A stretch of DNA of 61,472 nt, counting the filler, from Jimgerdemannia flammicorona (lineage: Eukaryota): NCBI GenBank assembly GCA_003990765.1. It is 3 parts of 3 records of this genome, joined end to end, with 100 filler letters (N's around TTAATTAATTAA, not from the genome) between each part and the next. Parts side by side here need not be neighbours in the genome. Positions count along the whole stretch, not along the records: positions 20,533 to 40,953 come from RBNJ01001688.1; positions 41,054 to 61,472 come from RBNJ01001689.1; 1 more part is not named here. One strand, written 5' to 3'. The notes under the pieces are model-generated. The model saw nothing but the letters and a program-made list of their open reading frames with translations, did no database searches and was not told the origin of the DNA. Shown piece by piece: positions 37,560-50,409 of this stretch. How positions within the stretch are numbered: position 1 is the first letter of the stretch; every line of letters begins with the position of its first letter. The position numbers were made by a program, and so were the translations under genes.

Positions 37560-38156
37560 TTGCAGAAAATATATCAGAGAATTCATAAAGTCTCCAGCCA
37601 GCTTAATAAAAGAAATAAGTCTAAAGTTGAATATAAGAAAATAAGAATGAAGATTACCAAGGTAATTCAAGAATTCAATCTAGATATAGACAAAGCATTC
37701 AAGGCTGAACCCACTGCCACTGCTATTGATTTAGACATAGATGAAGCATTCAAGACCGAACCCACTATCACTACTACTGCTGCCCCAAACACTACTGCTG
37801 CTGTTACTGTTACTACTATAGCCCCCAATACTGCTGTAGCCCCCAATGCTACCATAGCCCCCAATGCTGCTGCTGCTATAGCCCCCAATACTGCCACCCC
37901 CAATACTGCCTACATTGATATTTCAGACTCAGACATTGAAGTAGAGGACAATGTGCTCACTAATGCTACCACTATGGAGATTTTGGATTCGGACATTGAA
38001 GTGGAGGTCAATGACATATTTGAAATTTCTGATAATGATACTTCAGACATCATAATTTCGAGTAATGAGGAGGTTCCAGTTCTAAAAAGAGATCATCTAC
38101 ATACTAGTTGCTACAATTGTAGGCAATATGGAAAGAAATATGATATAATACCTTGA
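37560..38156 (+). CDS. Unknown low-complexity ORF carried inside the hAT element (APN/T-rich repeats, acidic stretch, CxxC)
   Basis: 198-codon open frame between the transposase end and the right TIR. Confidence 0.35.
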   Translation: MQKIYQRIHKVSSQLNKRNKSKVEYKKIRMKITKVIQEFNLDIDKAFKAEPTATAIDLDIDEAFKTEPTITTTAAPNTTAAVTVTTIAPNTAVAPNATIAPNAAAAIAPNTATPNTAYIDISDSDIEVEDNVLTNATTMEILDSDIEVEVNDIFEISDNDTSDIIISSNEEVPVLKRDHLHTSCYNCRQYGKKYDIIP

Positions 38157-39664
38157 ATCTGTCAGAAGATCAACTCCTTGACTCTGAATCTATCTCTCCA
38201 AAAAAGAGCATATAATAATACTTGTCAGGCAGCAGTAGCTAGATATAAGAGAAATCATTGATAGCCTATATTATTGATAGTCTAGCCTGTGTGGTAATCA
38301 ATAAAATTTTTGTAACATCATTTGAATAAAGCCTCCATTCAATTCAACCCTAATTGAATTGAGGCTCCATTTGATTTAACCCTAATTAAATTGAGGCTCT
38401 ATTCGATTTGACCCTAATTGAATCAAGGCTCTATTCATTTTGACTTCCATTCAATTCAACTTCCACTTAACTTGAAAAAATCCTGATTTGATTCGACTTT
38501 TCAGACCTCCCATTTGATTTGACTTGATTTCATTCAATTTATTTGCAAGCACTATCAGAGGCAGTAGACAAATACAATGTCTCTATATTCAGAAAGTATA
38601 TTTTAGTCCATCTTAACAATTACTCTAAAAAATACCCTATACTATTGGTAACTTATAAAGAGTAACTCCTGCAGAAATTAGTAGTCTTGATGATTAATTA
38701 ATAAGTCAAATTGAGCTAAATCTCATAAATAACTTTAACCTGTAATGGTATTATGATGATAATACTTGGCTATATGAGAATAATGTCTTCAATAGACTCA
38801 TTAGTCTATTCTAAGTATCTACTTCTTAGGTCCAAAAGCCTATGAATATCTGGCCACAGAGATTTCCTATACCAGCCAATATAAGACTAGTCTCATCAGT
38901 ATCTACATCATTATCTAAGTCCACAAGATCAGAACTAGACTCTAAAGAGTCTAGTACTATGTCATCTGAATCTGAGACTCTGAAAGAGTTCTTAACCTCT
39001 TTTATAGAAGTCTATTTCTACCATGTAATATAATGAAACACTATAGTCTTAGTCGAAATCTAGAACAATTACTTCATAGTTTATATATAGAAATGATATT
39101 ATTAAATAGTATCATTATAACTTTAAAATAATGCCTATTATGGTGTAAATTTTACATCATTTCTAGTAACCTTCTGTTTTATATCTTTTAGCCAATAGTT
39201 AGTCAATATCAAACGACCTTCAAAATATATAAATACTCTCAGAGAAGTAACTCAATTAAAGACAGAATTTCACAGAATATTCAATTCAAAAAAAGAGAAT
39301 AATTAAGACTTAAAGTCTATAATATAAAAGTAAGTCTCTGAATAATATCGAAAATTGATATCCTGAACTCTATAAATACTTGAACTCTGAATAATCTAAA
39401 TATAATTCTCAGACCCAGATTATATTTAAAAAGAATATACCAAAAGACTTAAACTTTAAAGAATTAAAGTCTATAATTACTAAATTATTATCCAAGTTTA
39501 TTAGAAAGAGACTAGATTAATTAGAAGTACAACAGACAGTACTTAGGTATTAAACAGCTATCTCCTCAAGCTAAAGACATCTAACATAAGTATCTTTAAG
39601 TTACTAATAATAAAGATCATTAACTTAAAGAGTAAAATTACTATAACAGTAAAGATACACTATT

Positions 39665-40650
39665 ACAAGAGGTGTTGAAACAGCTGGTGGGCCAGAGGGG
39701 TCTTGGTCTGATGGACTTTGCTAAGAACTTATACGGCTTGATGATATAGTGGCTAAACATACTAGTGAGCTGAGAGATTGGGATTGAGTACCTCTTATAT
39801 AGATAGTATGAAATTTATAGTTCTCCTCCAGAGAAGTATCTGATATCTTACACTCTCTGGTGGTACTTGAGATTAGCTATAGGATATATTTTAGGGGCTT
39901 TAGTGACAGGTGATAGATAGAACCCATTGTATTGACTTCTGCTGACAAGGTGATAAGGGTGAGAAGAACTAGAGACCCCAGATATAAAGGTGGAACTATC
40001 TACTATTGGGAGTACTCCAGTGATTACTTTAGTCTTGAGAATAGCATGAAGTATATTTTAGAATAAGAAAGAGATCTATGGCCAGAGGCATAGTAGGTAG
40101 TAGAGATCAGTAAAGAGTAGGATGGGCTGATATCTAGTTATAGAGTAAGATAGTAGTATAGTAGCTTTTACTCAAGTTCTGAGTAGTGTAATGGATACTT
40201 CTAAGATAAAATGTGATATTGAACTTTCAGTTAAGATATTTGATAGAAGGGAGTACCTTTAATTATAAGAAGTATTATAATATTAAATAAGAGAGTAAAG
40301 TGATATAGACTCCAGAATATTAGCTAGAGGAGTATGAGGTCTTAGGAGACTTCTGGAAAGAGATTGAAGATAGGCTGAGAGTGCAACAGTCTGAAAAAGA
40401 GACAGAGGGGCAGTGGGTTGCCCTTACAACTAGGCTGGTAGGGGGGGTGGACAATGAGTAATTGATAGTTGAGTGGGCTCTAATATTTTAGATGAGGTAT
40501 TGTGAAAGAGGGGTGATTTTATTGAAGTTACATAGGTTGTATATTTCATAGAATAACATAAATCTAATGGAATAGCATAAGGTCACATACTGGCATATCG
40601 AGTTGCTATTCTAATACTCCCACTCATTGAGATAAATAACAAAAAAAAAG
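39665..40650 (+). mobile_element. Old 5'-truncated LINE 3' end with A-tail
   Basis: GQRGLGLMDFAKNL matches ARGSLGLIDFPKWL in the LINE ORF2. Ends ATAAATAAC followed by an A-run at ~40640-40650. Confidence 0.7.
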
Positions 40651-40906
40651 AATACAATGTATACCCAAAATAAAAATAAAAATATAAACTAGAATAGAAG
40701 CAAACTAGAGTAAACTAAACATAACCAATGGGATGTTTTCTAGATAACTACTGAAGGTCAAATTTCCCTGCTTATTAGTATGAAAATATAAAAGAATATA
40801 GTAAAAGACTAGTAATGTAGGAATTTTTATAGGTTGGAAAGTATTCCAAACTATATCTAAAATATCCACCTAGAGGTAAAGAATGTGAAAATTGTAATAT
40901 ATATAA

Positions 40907-40953
<47 letters not shown>

Positions 40954-41053
40954 NNNNNNNNNNNNNNNNNNNNNNNNNNNNNNNNNNNNNNNNNNNNTTA
41001 ATTAATTAANNNNNNNNNNNNNNNNNNNNNNNNNNNNNNNNNNNNNNNNNNNN
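40954..41053. other. Artificial contig-joining spacer
   Basis: N44-TTAATTAATTAA-N44. Confidence 0.97.
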
Positions 41054-41119
41054 TTTTTTAGTTACTTGGACTTCACCTTTATTACCAGTCTATGAATAAA
41101 TATACATCATTCCTACCCA

Positions 41120-44100
41120 CTATCTAATCCCCACAGGGGGGCCCCTCCCTACCTTCTCACGAATGAAAATCACCCTTTCACCAATTACTCCAACTCTCCC
41201 CCCACTTTGCCCACAGATTTTCTCCACCAAGTAGCACCTCCAACCACCCTGTATCCCCCAACCCAGCCACCAGCCTGTTAAGGTGTCTTCCATAAGCCTA
41301 TGTCACCACAACAACTGGTCCCCCAAGCTCTGTCTCCTCCCATCCTCAAAAACAAATAGCCAATGACTGGCCAGCCCCACCCAAATAGCCAAAGTCCAAC
41401 CCAAAGTATGACACTCCTTCTCTATCCCCTCTACCAATCTATCTCTCAAGTCCTCCCATCTCCCCCATACTTCATCACCCCTACCCCATACCCCCAAGCA
41501 ATCTCCAATTATCTGCCAAAAATCCCCCAATACCTCACACTCTCCTAGCCAATGTTCTGGCATCTATACATAACCCTCCTCCTGCCCTACATTATGGCAC
41601 TCTCACAGTCGAAGCAACTCCCTATGACAAGGTGCCCCGAGCGAAAGTTGAGCATAACATTCCTCTGCAGTATGTGCCACCAGACCACTCAGTACTTTGG
41701 CAGCAGCCATGTTTTCACTGTAGCACTCTAAGTCCAAACACCATGCCAGTTCCACTCTTCACCAATTCCAACTCCTTGCCAACCACTAGGCCACAGATCC
41801 TGGCCTGGTCCCCTTTGGTATTCCATTCCATCACTAATGTCGAACTCAATTAAAGGAGCGCCACTCAGTAGTATACAATCCCATCTCCACATTGCCAGGT
41901 CTCAATTCTCCTCTCCTTCATTCCCCTGCCAATGAATACCAATGCGGTGCACCCCTTCTGCAATTCCCCACCAAAATCCTTTATATCGCAGTTGGGCAGT
42001 ATTCTGAAGTCCAACCAAGGAGAGAAGATCACCAGTTGAGCCCCTTGGCAATGCCTGCCTCTCCCATATCTTCTGTAACAGAGGAACCCATCCACCTCCT
42101 CTCAACTCCACCACCCTCTTCAGCCACCATGCTCTCAAGCAGTGTAACCATTTTGGAAAGTCAATCAGCCCAAGACTGCCTCTTGCTACTGGTAGGGACA
42201 AGGTCTCCCAACTAATCTGACTCTGCCTGCTAGCCCAAATCCATCCCTTCGCTGACTTCATCAATCTCTTCACCACCTAGGCCAGAAAGTCCAGATGATA
42301 TGCCAGGTACCATAACTTTGGCACCCAGTAGACATTCAAAATCAAGACCCACCCTGCCAGAGAAAAATCTCTTCCCTCCCAACTCTGCAGGGCCTCCTCC
42401 CAGATTCCAATCCTCTGCTCCCACCAAAGCCTGGGCAGAACTGACCCATAGACTGACAAGTAGATACCTAAGTACTATACTGCTTTACTGGTGGGGACGA
42501 TTGTTCCTATAACTTCCCCTCCCACTAGGCCATTGCCTAGCACCATCATCTCATACTTATGCCAATTCAGCTTAGCTCCAGAGTACTTCTCATACCACTC
42601 TACAGTCTTCTTGAGCTCCTCAACATCAGCAATCGAACCCAAACCCACCACTATGTCATCAGCAAAGGCCCCAACTTTCCATCCTATGCCAAAGACAGAG
42701 AGTCTCGCTATCCGCTGCCTAATTCTATCCATAAGGGGTTCCAGGGAAAGAGTATACAAAATGGGGGACAATGGATCCCCCTGAGGCACCCCCCTACCCA
42801 AGGGGAATGCTACCCCTCTATGTCCATTATATGTGAGTGCAGCCCTACTCCCTTCCAGTAGGCTGACCATTGCTGACCGGAATTGATGCAGAACTCCCAT
42901 TCTATCCAAAACTTTTGCCAGCCAGACTCTTCGCACCTGGTCATATACCTTCTTCTAGTCCAAGAAGACTAGATGCCCATCCAGTCCACAGGCCCTTGCC
43001 CCTTCAATAATGCCATATACCCAGGCAGTGCTATCCCTGATGAGCCAACCACCTACAAATCCCCTCTGCTCAATACTCACAACTTGCTGGGCCACCTTCT
43101 GTAGTCTTGCCACCACCACCTTAGTTACCAACTTTCTGTCCATATCTAGCAATATTATTGGCCACCAGTTCTTCCAATCCTCCTGTCTTCCTTTGTTTTT
43201 GTAAAGCAGTGTTACCAGCCCAAGGTCCTGCTCCCCCACCCACCTCCCTGTCTGTAGAATAAGGTCACACAATGCTGTCATCTCTCCCATTACCCCTGGG
43301 ACTCCAACCATTCACTTCCAAAAGTCCCAGGGCAGACCATCCTCCCCAGGTGCCGTACCTGGCATTGTCATGGCAAGAACCTGGTGGATCTCATCCTCCT
43401 GTACAGGCATCACCAGGTCCCCTAGCCCTTTGACTTATAGTGGGTACCAATCCTCCAATGTTCATTCAATTGTAGTGGCATCTGCCCCACTCTTCTCCTC
43501 ACTCCACAATCCACTCCATCTCTCCTTCAGTGATCCAAGAATGTCTTGTACACTATGTACCAGTACACCATTGGAGTCCAATACCCCTTCCCACCATTGC
43601 TGTACCTGCCTCACCCTAAGAGCCCTTGTAAGAAGCTTGGAAGGCCTCTCTCCTTCCTCCAGATCCTGCCAGCGAAGACATGCTGTCAAGCTCTGTACCC
43701 TTGCCTCTTCCTCCTCTCACAGCACCTGTTGAAGTTCCCCAACCTCTATTTTCACTCTCATTAATCTCCAATCTTCTTCCCCCTCCAACATCGTCAGCCT
43801 CGCCCACTCCTCCAGGAGCCTCATCAATCTAGCAGAGGCCCAACACACTCTTTGCTTTCGCTGCTTCTCTGCCTCCTTGCCAGCCTCCTGCCAGTAAATC
43901 CTGGCCATTTCCTTCATCCTCACCCACCAAGTCCCAACTGAGGCCCCTTCCTGTCTCTAGTTCTCCACCCTCAGCTAAATGTCTTTAGCCCACTCATCCC
44001 ACTGGGCCTTGTCATCTAATAAAGAGGAATTGAGGCACCAATGTCCAGGCCCATCCCCACTTCCCCCAAAGCACTCCTGTCTCAAAAGCCTCCAGTGATC

Positions 44101-44775
44101 TGACCATGGACACCATTCCACCTCCAGTGACTTCCAAATATCTAGGCCCCAGCAGCAGGCCGTCAAAATCCAGTCGATTCTAGTCCCCAGACCCCCTGCC
44201 CAATGTGTATAGACTCTCCTATTCTTCCAGCACTCCCTTCTAGTATCTAATAGCACACTTAGCCTTTTTATTTCCTCCCATACCACCAGTCCTCCACTCC
44301 TGCTCTCAGTACCTTATCTTCCATCTGTTCTATTCAACAGTATGTCCTGAACTATATTGAAATCTCTCCCAAGCATATCCACCTCAGCCTCTGCAAGTAA
44401 TCTACTCTCCAGTAAGCCTTTCACCCAATCTACTCTCTCACCCTGTACCGTAGGGCAGTAGCAGGAGCCAACTGTAACAGGCTCTCAGCCTACCCAAATC
44501 CACTCTCCCCAGACCAGTCTCTCTCCCCAGCACTGTACATTCTGTATCTCCCCTCTGCCTTTCCTAACCAAAATTCCAACCTTGCCCTTCCAAATCACCA
44601 CACATCCCCATTCCTTCATTCATTCCATTCTATCAGAGTCATCTTCACACCAGACATCCTGCAAGAGGAAGAGATCAGCCTCTAATCCTTTCATCCAAGT
44701 AAAAATGTTCCTATATTGAGAAGTGCCCTATAACCCATTCACATTCAAAGAGAAAATGTTGGTTGTACTGTTCAT
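41120..44775 (-). pseudogene. LINE ORF2 (AP endonuclease + reverse transcriptase + C-terminal Cys region)
   Basis: APE and RT motifs as listed for the LINE; multiple stops; 3' end approximate. Confidence 0.92.
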
Positions 44776-44799
44776 AATAATGATATATATTATGTCATC

Positions 44800-46832
44800 A
44801 ATTAGTCTCTACTGCTCCATGCTCATCTCCTCCTATGCCTTGTCCAGATTATGTTCCGCAGCCACCTCCTTCTCTTCTGCCCTCTGAGCTTCCAATCCAG
44901 CCAGCAGTTCATTCATCTCTCCATCTGCCTTCTCCTCGAACTCCTCTCGGTATTCGATGCATGCCTCCTGCCAGAGCTATAGTTCATGATGCTTGTTCCA
45001 GTAGTATTCAGCCCTCTCTCCAGCAATGACCACTATCTCTGCCTCCCTCTCCTTATCCACCTCATACCCTTCCTCCTCCAGGTACACTGCAAGAATTTCC
45101 ACCTTTAATGCCATCATTATTCTATCCTCCTGCAGTATCCCTGCCCAATGTTCATCACTCATTGCTCGCAAGTCTACTTCCCCCAACTCTTCCACTGCCA
45201 GGTTATTTATCATCTGGTACATCCAAAGCAAGTTCCCCACCTCTTTCCCCCCCAGAGTCACCAGCCTCCCTCTATCTAACATTGTGGTGTCAGCTCCAGC
45301 ACTTGCAGACTCATCCCATATCTCTGGGATATCCACCAGTTCCTCCTTGCCAGCCGCCACCACCTGTCCCCCATATGCCACCTCCGGAACTCTGAATTGC
45401 ACCCTCTGGACCCCTCACATTGGCACATCTTCTACCACCCTGTTCCAGGAAGCCGGGTCATGCCTGATGAGAGGGGTAGGGGTAGGGGAGCCCCCCATTC
45501 CTCCTTCCAAACCTCCAGTGTACCATCTACATATGGGTTCTTCCTAGCCTTCTCCTTGTCCTCTCCCACCTCCTTCTTGTCCTTCCCCTCCCCCTTGCCA
45601 GCCCAGACACTCACTTTGGCTCCCCCTGTGCCCTTCACCTTATTCACCTCCCCTGGTGGTCTGCTATCCAGCTTGGCCAGCAACTCCTTCTGTCTCCTAC
45701 ACCTCTGAGCCCTTTCCCACTACTTCTTGGTCACTCGAATCTGCTTTCCATCCACCACCTCCAAGTGTGTTGACTCCACAAAAGCCTCCCAAGCCTTCGC
45801 TTGCCTCTCTACAGCACCACCCAGCTCTTTTAATGCTTCTAATAAATCTTCCTCCTCCTCTTCACTTCCCTTCACCCTTGTCACCTTACACAGGATCGCT
45901 CCCCAGACCATTGCTGAAGGCCAGTCCCTTGCCTTCCCAGTGGCTTCTTTTCCAGCCAGCCGAATCCTCACATCCACGTCACCAGTCCTGAGCGAGGTCC
46001 CTTCCCAGACCCTGAACCCAATATCTACTACCTCTCCATATTCTGCCATGAAATCTTCAACTCTCTTCCTTGTCTCCATCACCATCACCGTTGGCACTCC
46101 TTTCATCAGCAGTTGGACCACCCTGGGGTCCCACTTCAGACACTGTGCCATTGGAACACACACCTCCCCAACCATCAATCCAACCTTCAGTACCTCCTCC
46201 AGCAGTACTGCCTCCTCAAAACCCACCTCCACTCCTTCTAGTCCCTTCAAAAACTTCACAGATGCAGCTCCTGCCACCTGCTTAGCAATGAGTCTCAGCA
46301 CCATTTTCACCATCACCACCAGGCCCTGGAAGCACAGTGTGACTACAAATGCCGAAATCTATTTTTTGAGTAATGGGGCTACTGCCAGACCTGTTACACC
46401 ATTTGCCAAGTCCCCTTGTCTTCTAAGCCTCAGCCACTCAGCCTTGCTATCAGCCATCACATCTGGATTTTTTTCCAGATCGACAGTCCCACTACCATCA
46501 GCAGTCACACCCCCCCCAGCCACTACTCCCCCAGCTCCACTGCCCCTCCTTCCAAGGGCTGCTCCCCCCTGCACTGTCATCTTCTTGATCTCCTTGCTCT
46601 TCCTCAGCCAGCCCTCCAGCTCTGATGCCTACTGTCTCTCCTTCACCATCTCTGTGAAGCTTGCTCTCTCCGATCCTGATCCTTTGCCACCTCCTCCACC
46701 CCTTTCATGTCCACCTGCCAGCAGGCCCCTCATACCCCCCCCCAGGCCTGGACCTCTCCCCACCTGCTGTCAGTCAAAAGTGCTTAGGCTACTCTGCCCA
46801 GTATGCACCTCAGGTTGCCTGTCAGTCACCAT
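44800..46832 (-). pseudogene. LINE ORF1 (Gly-rich N-terminus, RRM-like core)
   Basis: LLMKGVP...FMAEYGEVVDI...LRTGDVDVRIRL is typical of L1/Tx1 ORF1. In-frame stops; end approximate. Confidence 0.8.
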
Positions 46833-46920
46833 GTTGTTAGTCTCTTTTCACCAAAAATGATGTTGAAAGTACCTTCCAAAGATTGTGTAACCTGAATAGT
46901 ACTGGAAAGAGATGTTATTT

Positions 46921-47952
46921 GACCTGTGTATTCATCCCCATGTATCTTATTCTATATACCATGCTCTCTCTATTACCAGAGAGAACTCAGCCATATGCTA
47001 ATAACTAAAAACACATACCCAAAATCTCAATATATACAAAACTATACTCAAGCTAAATAGTAAAGTCCCTACTACTTCAAAGAGAATATCAGATAAAGAA
47101 AAACTCTCATCAAAGTACATTATGGTGAGTAAAGTCTAGTTCTCTCAGATGAGATGAGTAGAGAACTTACATGTAAGATAAAAGGAGACCTCTAATACTC
47201 TACTACTCAAGTCTATAAACCTTGATCACATTGCTATATTAGTTTTCAGTTCTAGTTAAGTATAGCCAAAATGCCTAAAATAAGTAACCTTAAGCCCCCT
47301 AACCCCCCTCAATGACCAGGGCCCAACCCACTGAATCACCAAAAGAGACTAAGAGTGATACCTATTACCTAATCACTTCATACTAATCAAAAGGCCCTAC
47401 TGAAGTAACATCTACCCCAACTCTAATGACTATCCCAAGCCTAACATTCTACTGATTTACTATTATGTATCACTCTTCCTCTTATTTGTAACAACCATCT
47501 CTTCTCTTATCTCAATACTATTCAAAAAACAATCATCTATATCAGAACTATACTTACTAAGAAGCTTACCAATATCAGAGAACTCCACTATAAGTACTGA
47601 AGACCTGCAAATAACCTATACTGAGCACTTGATACCCAAAGTTGACTAACTCTCTACATAACTATAATACACTAAAACAACATCTTGTTGGCAACAGCAA
47701 AAGGAAGAAAACACCATACCAAAACAGATATACTCCAGATATAGCCAAAGATATCAGAAACCATAAAAAAGTGGAGAAAACACTGATCAGACATTAATAA
47801 AAGGACAACTCATCACTATTGCCTCCCTCCCACTGCCCTGCAACAGGTACAGCAAACCAATCCAAGATAGAAGGGGTAGTAATTGTAGAAAGTAGACTCA
47901 GAAGGTTGCCTACCAAACCATTGTGACCAATAAGGTAGCGGAGAAAGGAACT
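46921..47952 (-). mobile_element. Family S retroposon copy 3, lacking the last ~150 nt (LINE 5' end abuts there)
   Basis: Colinear with ~150-1177 and more G>A decayed. Confidence 0.75.
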
Positions 47953-47955
47953 GCC

Positions 47956-49480
47956 CATTTATGTTTGCCGTTGACCCATCAGATCATTTCCCTGTCAACT
48001 CTCGGCTTTCACCTCGAACAAGTACACCATCGGTTCGGGTAGCAGACTATTGAAAACACTGAAAATCCCCACTTGGAAGGATGACTCAGCTGGGTCAAAC
48101 TCGTTGTATGTCCGCTCGTCAGTGCTCGTGGTGGGAACCACGTGTAGGGCTATCCCTAGCAGGTCGACGAAGTTTAATCATGTCTTGCTTGGCAAAGACC
48201 TCGCCGGTCGTGACCGGATCACGTCAATACAGATACGCAATATGATACAGCTTGTAAAACGTACCATGCTTTGGTAGCCCAAGCGCACGAGAATACCGAA
48301 GTTGAATAAGTCCTGTCAATGCATTTAAGATTATTAAAATCCATTGGGCTCAACGATCGCAGGTGCTGCCTGATTCTGATGTGGGTCCCGTCCATGTAAC
48401 GTTCAAGGCATTGACGCAATGTCCAACTCCACGTGACGGAAGTTGGCTGACTTTCATCAAAGAGCCTTAATAGGATCATGGATCTTTGGCTCCAGGTTGA
48501 TCCAGACACCATTTGCATTGCAGCGCTCTTTGTACAGATGGAAAAGCTTGCCCATCTCTTTGGTTGTGAAGAGGGGCATCCGACGGAAATAGACCTTGTT
48601 GAATAGTGAATCATCGTGCTGCAGGTTCATAAGTTTGAAGGTGCCCATGGCTACATAGGATACTGGCATGGACAAGAGAATCCTGAAAAAAGGCTTGGCG
48701 ACGTCAAGGAGTTCTGTAGAAGTGGAATTCGTCGACAAGGAGATAAGACGTCGGTCTAGTTGTGGGGTTCACCAAAGATGCGAAATGACACAAAACGAAA
48801 AAAATCCAGATCGGCCAGACTCTCGCCATCTTCCGGCGACTGACTTAATATCGAAACACACAACACTAAACCTGCCTCTCTCGAGTGCTTCGTTGAGAGC
48901 GAGCAAAAAGGAGGTTTTGCCGCTCTGATAGGGTCCATGAATAATGAAAGAGCTAATGTGAATTGAATTTTTCACCTCAACGGGCGAGCAAGCGAGGCAC
49001 AAATCAGAAATGAAAGAGTAAGAGTGGAAATGAAATGACCAAGGAAAGAAATGTAGGTTTAGATATTTGAAGACATAAATGGAAAGTAGAAAGAGGTGCA
49101 TAAAATATTCAAATGCGTACCTTGAAGCCTACAATTGCATAAATCCTGAGAACCGGCAGAGAGAACAAGATGTAGTTCTGCACCTCAGGCCCTTTTTCCT
49201 TGTCTTTATCCTCGTCCCTACCCTTGGTACCAGTCTTAAACGCTGTCCTGAGATCGATTGATGACGTTGTGAAATGAAGAAACCCATGTTGTCTTAACAG
49301 GACGTTCAAGAGTAGGGAGCTCTACTTCACGATAGTCGCCAGACTCTTTCTCCCTTGATTGAAAACGTACCCCGACCAATATTTCTTTATGAGTTTAATA
49401 ATTATCCCATTCGAATGTGTGCTCGCTTGCGTTGTTTTTTGTTCTGGTATTTTTTGTCTGACGATCATCGCCGGCCCCAT
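47956..49480 (-). pseudogene. P-loop NTPase (AAA-like, Crinkler-type suspected) pseudogene in a CpG-rich island
   Basis: Walker A IIHGPYQSGKTS (~48914-48945) and Walker B YLLVDEF (~48725-48745). Probable GT..AG intron at ~48978-49119. The frame changes after Walker B and at KIHD/MILLRLF. Confidence 0.7.
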
Positions 49481-49734
49481 CCTGACGTCCTGCGCAAATA
49501 GAAGAGATATGAGTCTTCCACATTATTTCTTTTTCCCGGAAACCCAGCTCAACGATAGACCTCCTAGCGCAGAGTTTCGAATCACTTTATACGCTGTTTT
49601 CATATGCTTAAGCCAAGAAATGAAATGGATGCAACCTACGTGTCTTCATAACAAACTAGCCTCAGTATTGAAAATGCTGTTAAAAGAGTAAGAGAGATAA
49701 ACCCATGCTTGCAGAGACTCCATGACGCATGGAA

Positions 49735-49980
49735 TACCTGGCATTCCAGCGACAATGCGACGCTTGGAGATATGATATTCCAGCGACAACGTGACACGTG
49801 GCGATACTTCCACAGACGACGTTGACACATTGCATTACAACGACAATGCGACGCGTGGAAATACGAGATGTGACACATGGAGATATCCGGCATTCCACCG
49901 ACAAAGCAACACATGGAGATCTACGATTCCTGGGACGACGTGAAAACAGCGACACATGGCATTCTGGCGACAGTGACAAC
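49735..49980. repeat. CpG-rich imperfect minisatellite (CATTCCAGCGACAA...GACACATGG units)
   Basis: Several degenerate ~30-40-bp units upstream of the NTPase gene. Confidence 0.6.
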
Positions 49981-50409
49981 AAGTGTTTTATGTACAGAGT
50001 TCAGCTCTCACCTTCAGCCGCGTTTGAGGTTAGGCGGTGACATTTGCTTTATATATGGACACCATGTGACGTCATACAAATTCGCAAATAGTGACCTTAT
50101 ATTTTTGAGTGAACTTGCTTTTAAAAATTATGTTTTTATAGCTTTAAAGCTGCAGTCAAAAGTTTGAGTCAGAAGGTTAGCATTTTGGTGATAAAAATGA
50201 CTTTGTGATTGATTTAAACATGATGCTTATATTTTAGACTATTATTCTTTAGGCTATGATAAATATAGACAAATTTATCTGTAAAAATTTAAAGACTTTG
50301 ATTGGTCATAGTATGTATCATCAAAATAGGTGACATCATTGAAATAGGTGACATCATTAACTCTTAGTCTGTAATTATATAGGCAAATTTGCCTTTTACC
50401 AAACTTAGA

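Larger units (their letters stand above)
33942..38554 (+). mobile_element. hAT DNA transposon (4.6 kb) with TIRs and subterminal TTCAA/TTGAA arrays
   Basis: TIRs TAGTGCTTGCAAA...TTTGCAAGCACTA. Short-repeat arrays at 33955-34430 and 38330-38540. TSD not cleanly preserved. Confidence 0.9.
41054..46915 (-). mobile_element. Near full-length L1/Tx1-clade LINE (ORF1 + APE-RT ORF2, polyA)
   Basis: ORF2 starts MNSTTNIFSLNVNGL..DLFLLQD (APE) and contains RIDWIL, SDH, PGEDGLP, GVPQGDPLSPILY and AFADD. AATAAA and A-tail at the contig edge. Confidence 0.95.

Noticed and set aside
45727..46860. 377-aa plus-strand ORF, the longest in the track
   Set aside because: Ser/Pro/Thr-rich antisense shadow of LINE ORF1 with no domain features.
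50028..50400. Small TIR element (GGT..ATTTGC.TATATA ends)
   Set aside because: The inverted match is weak and there is no TSD.
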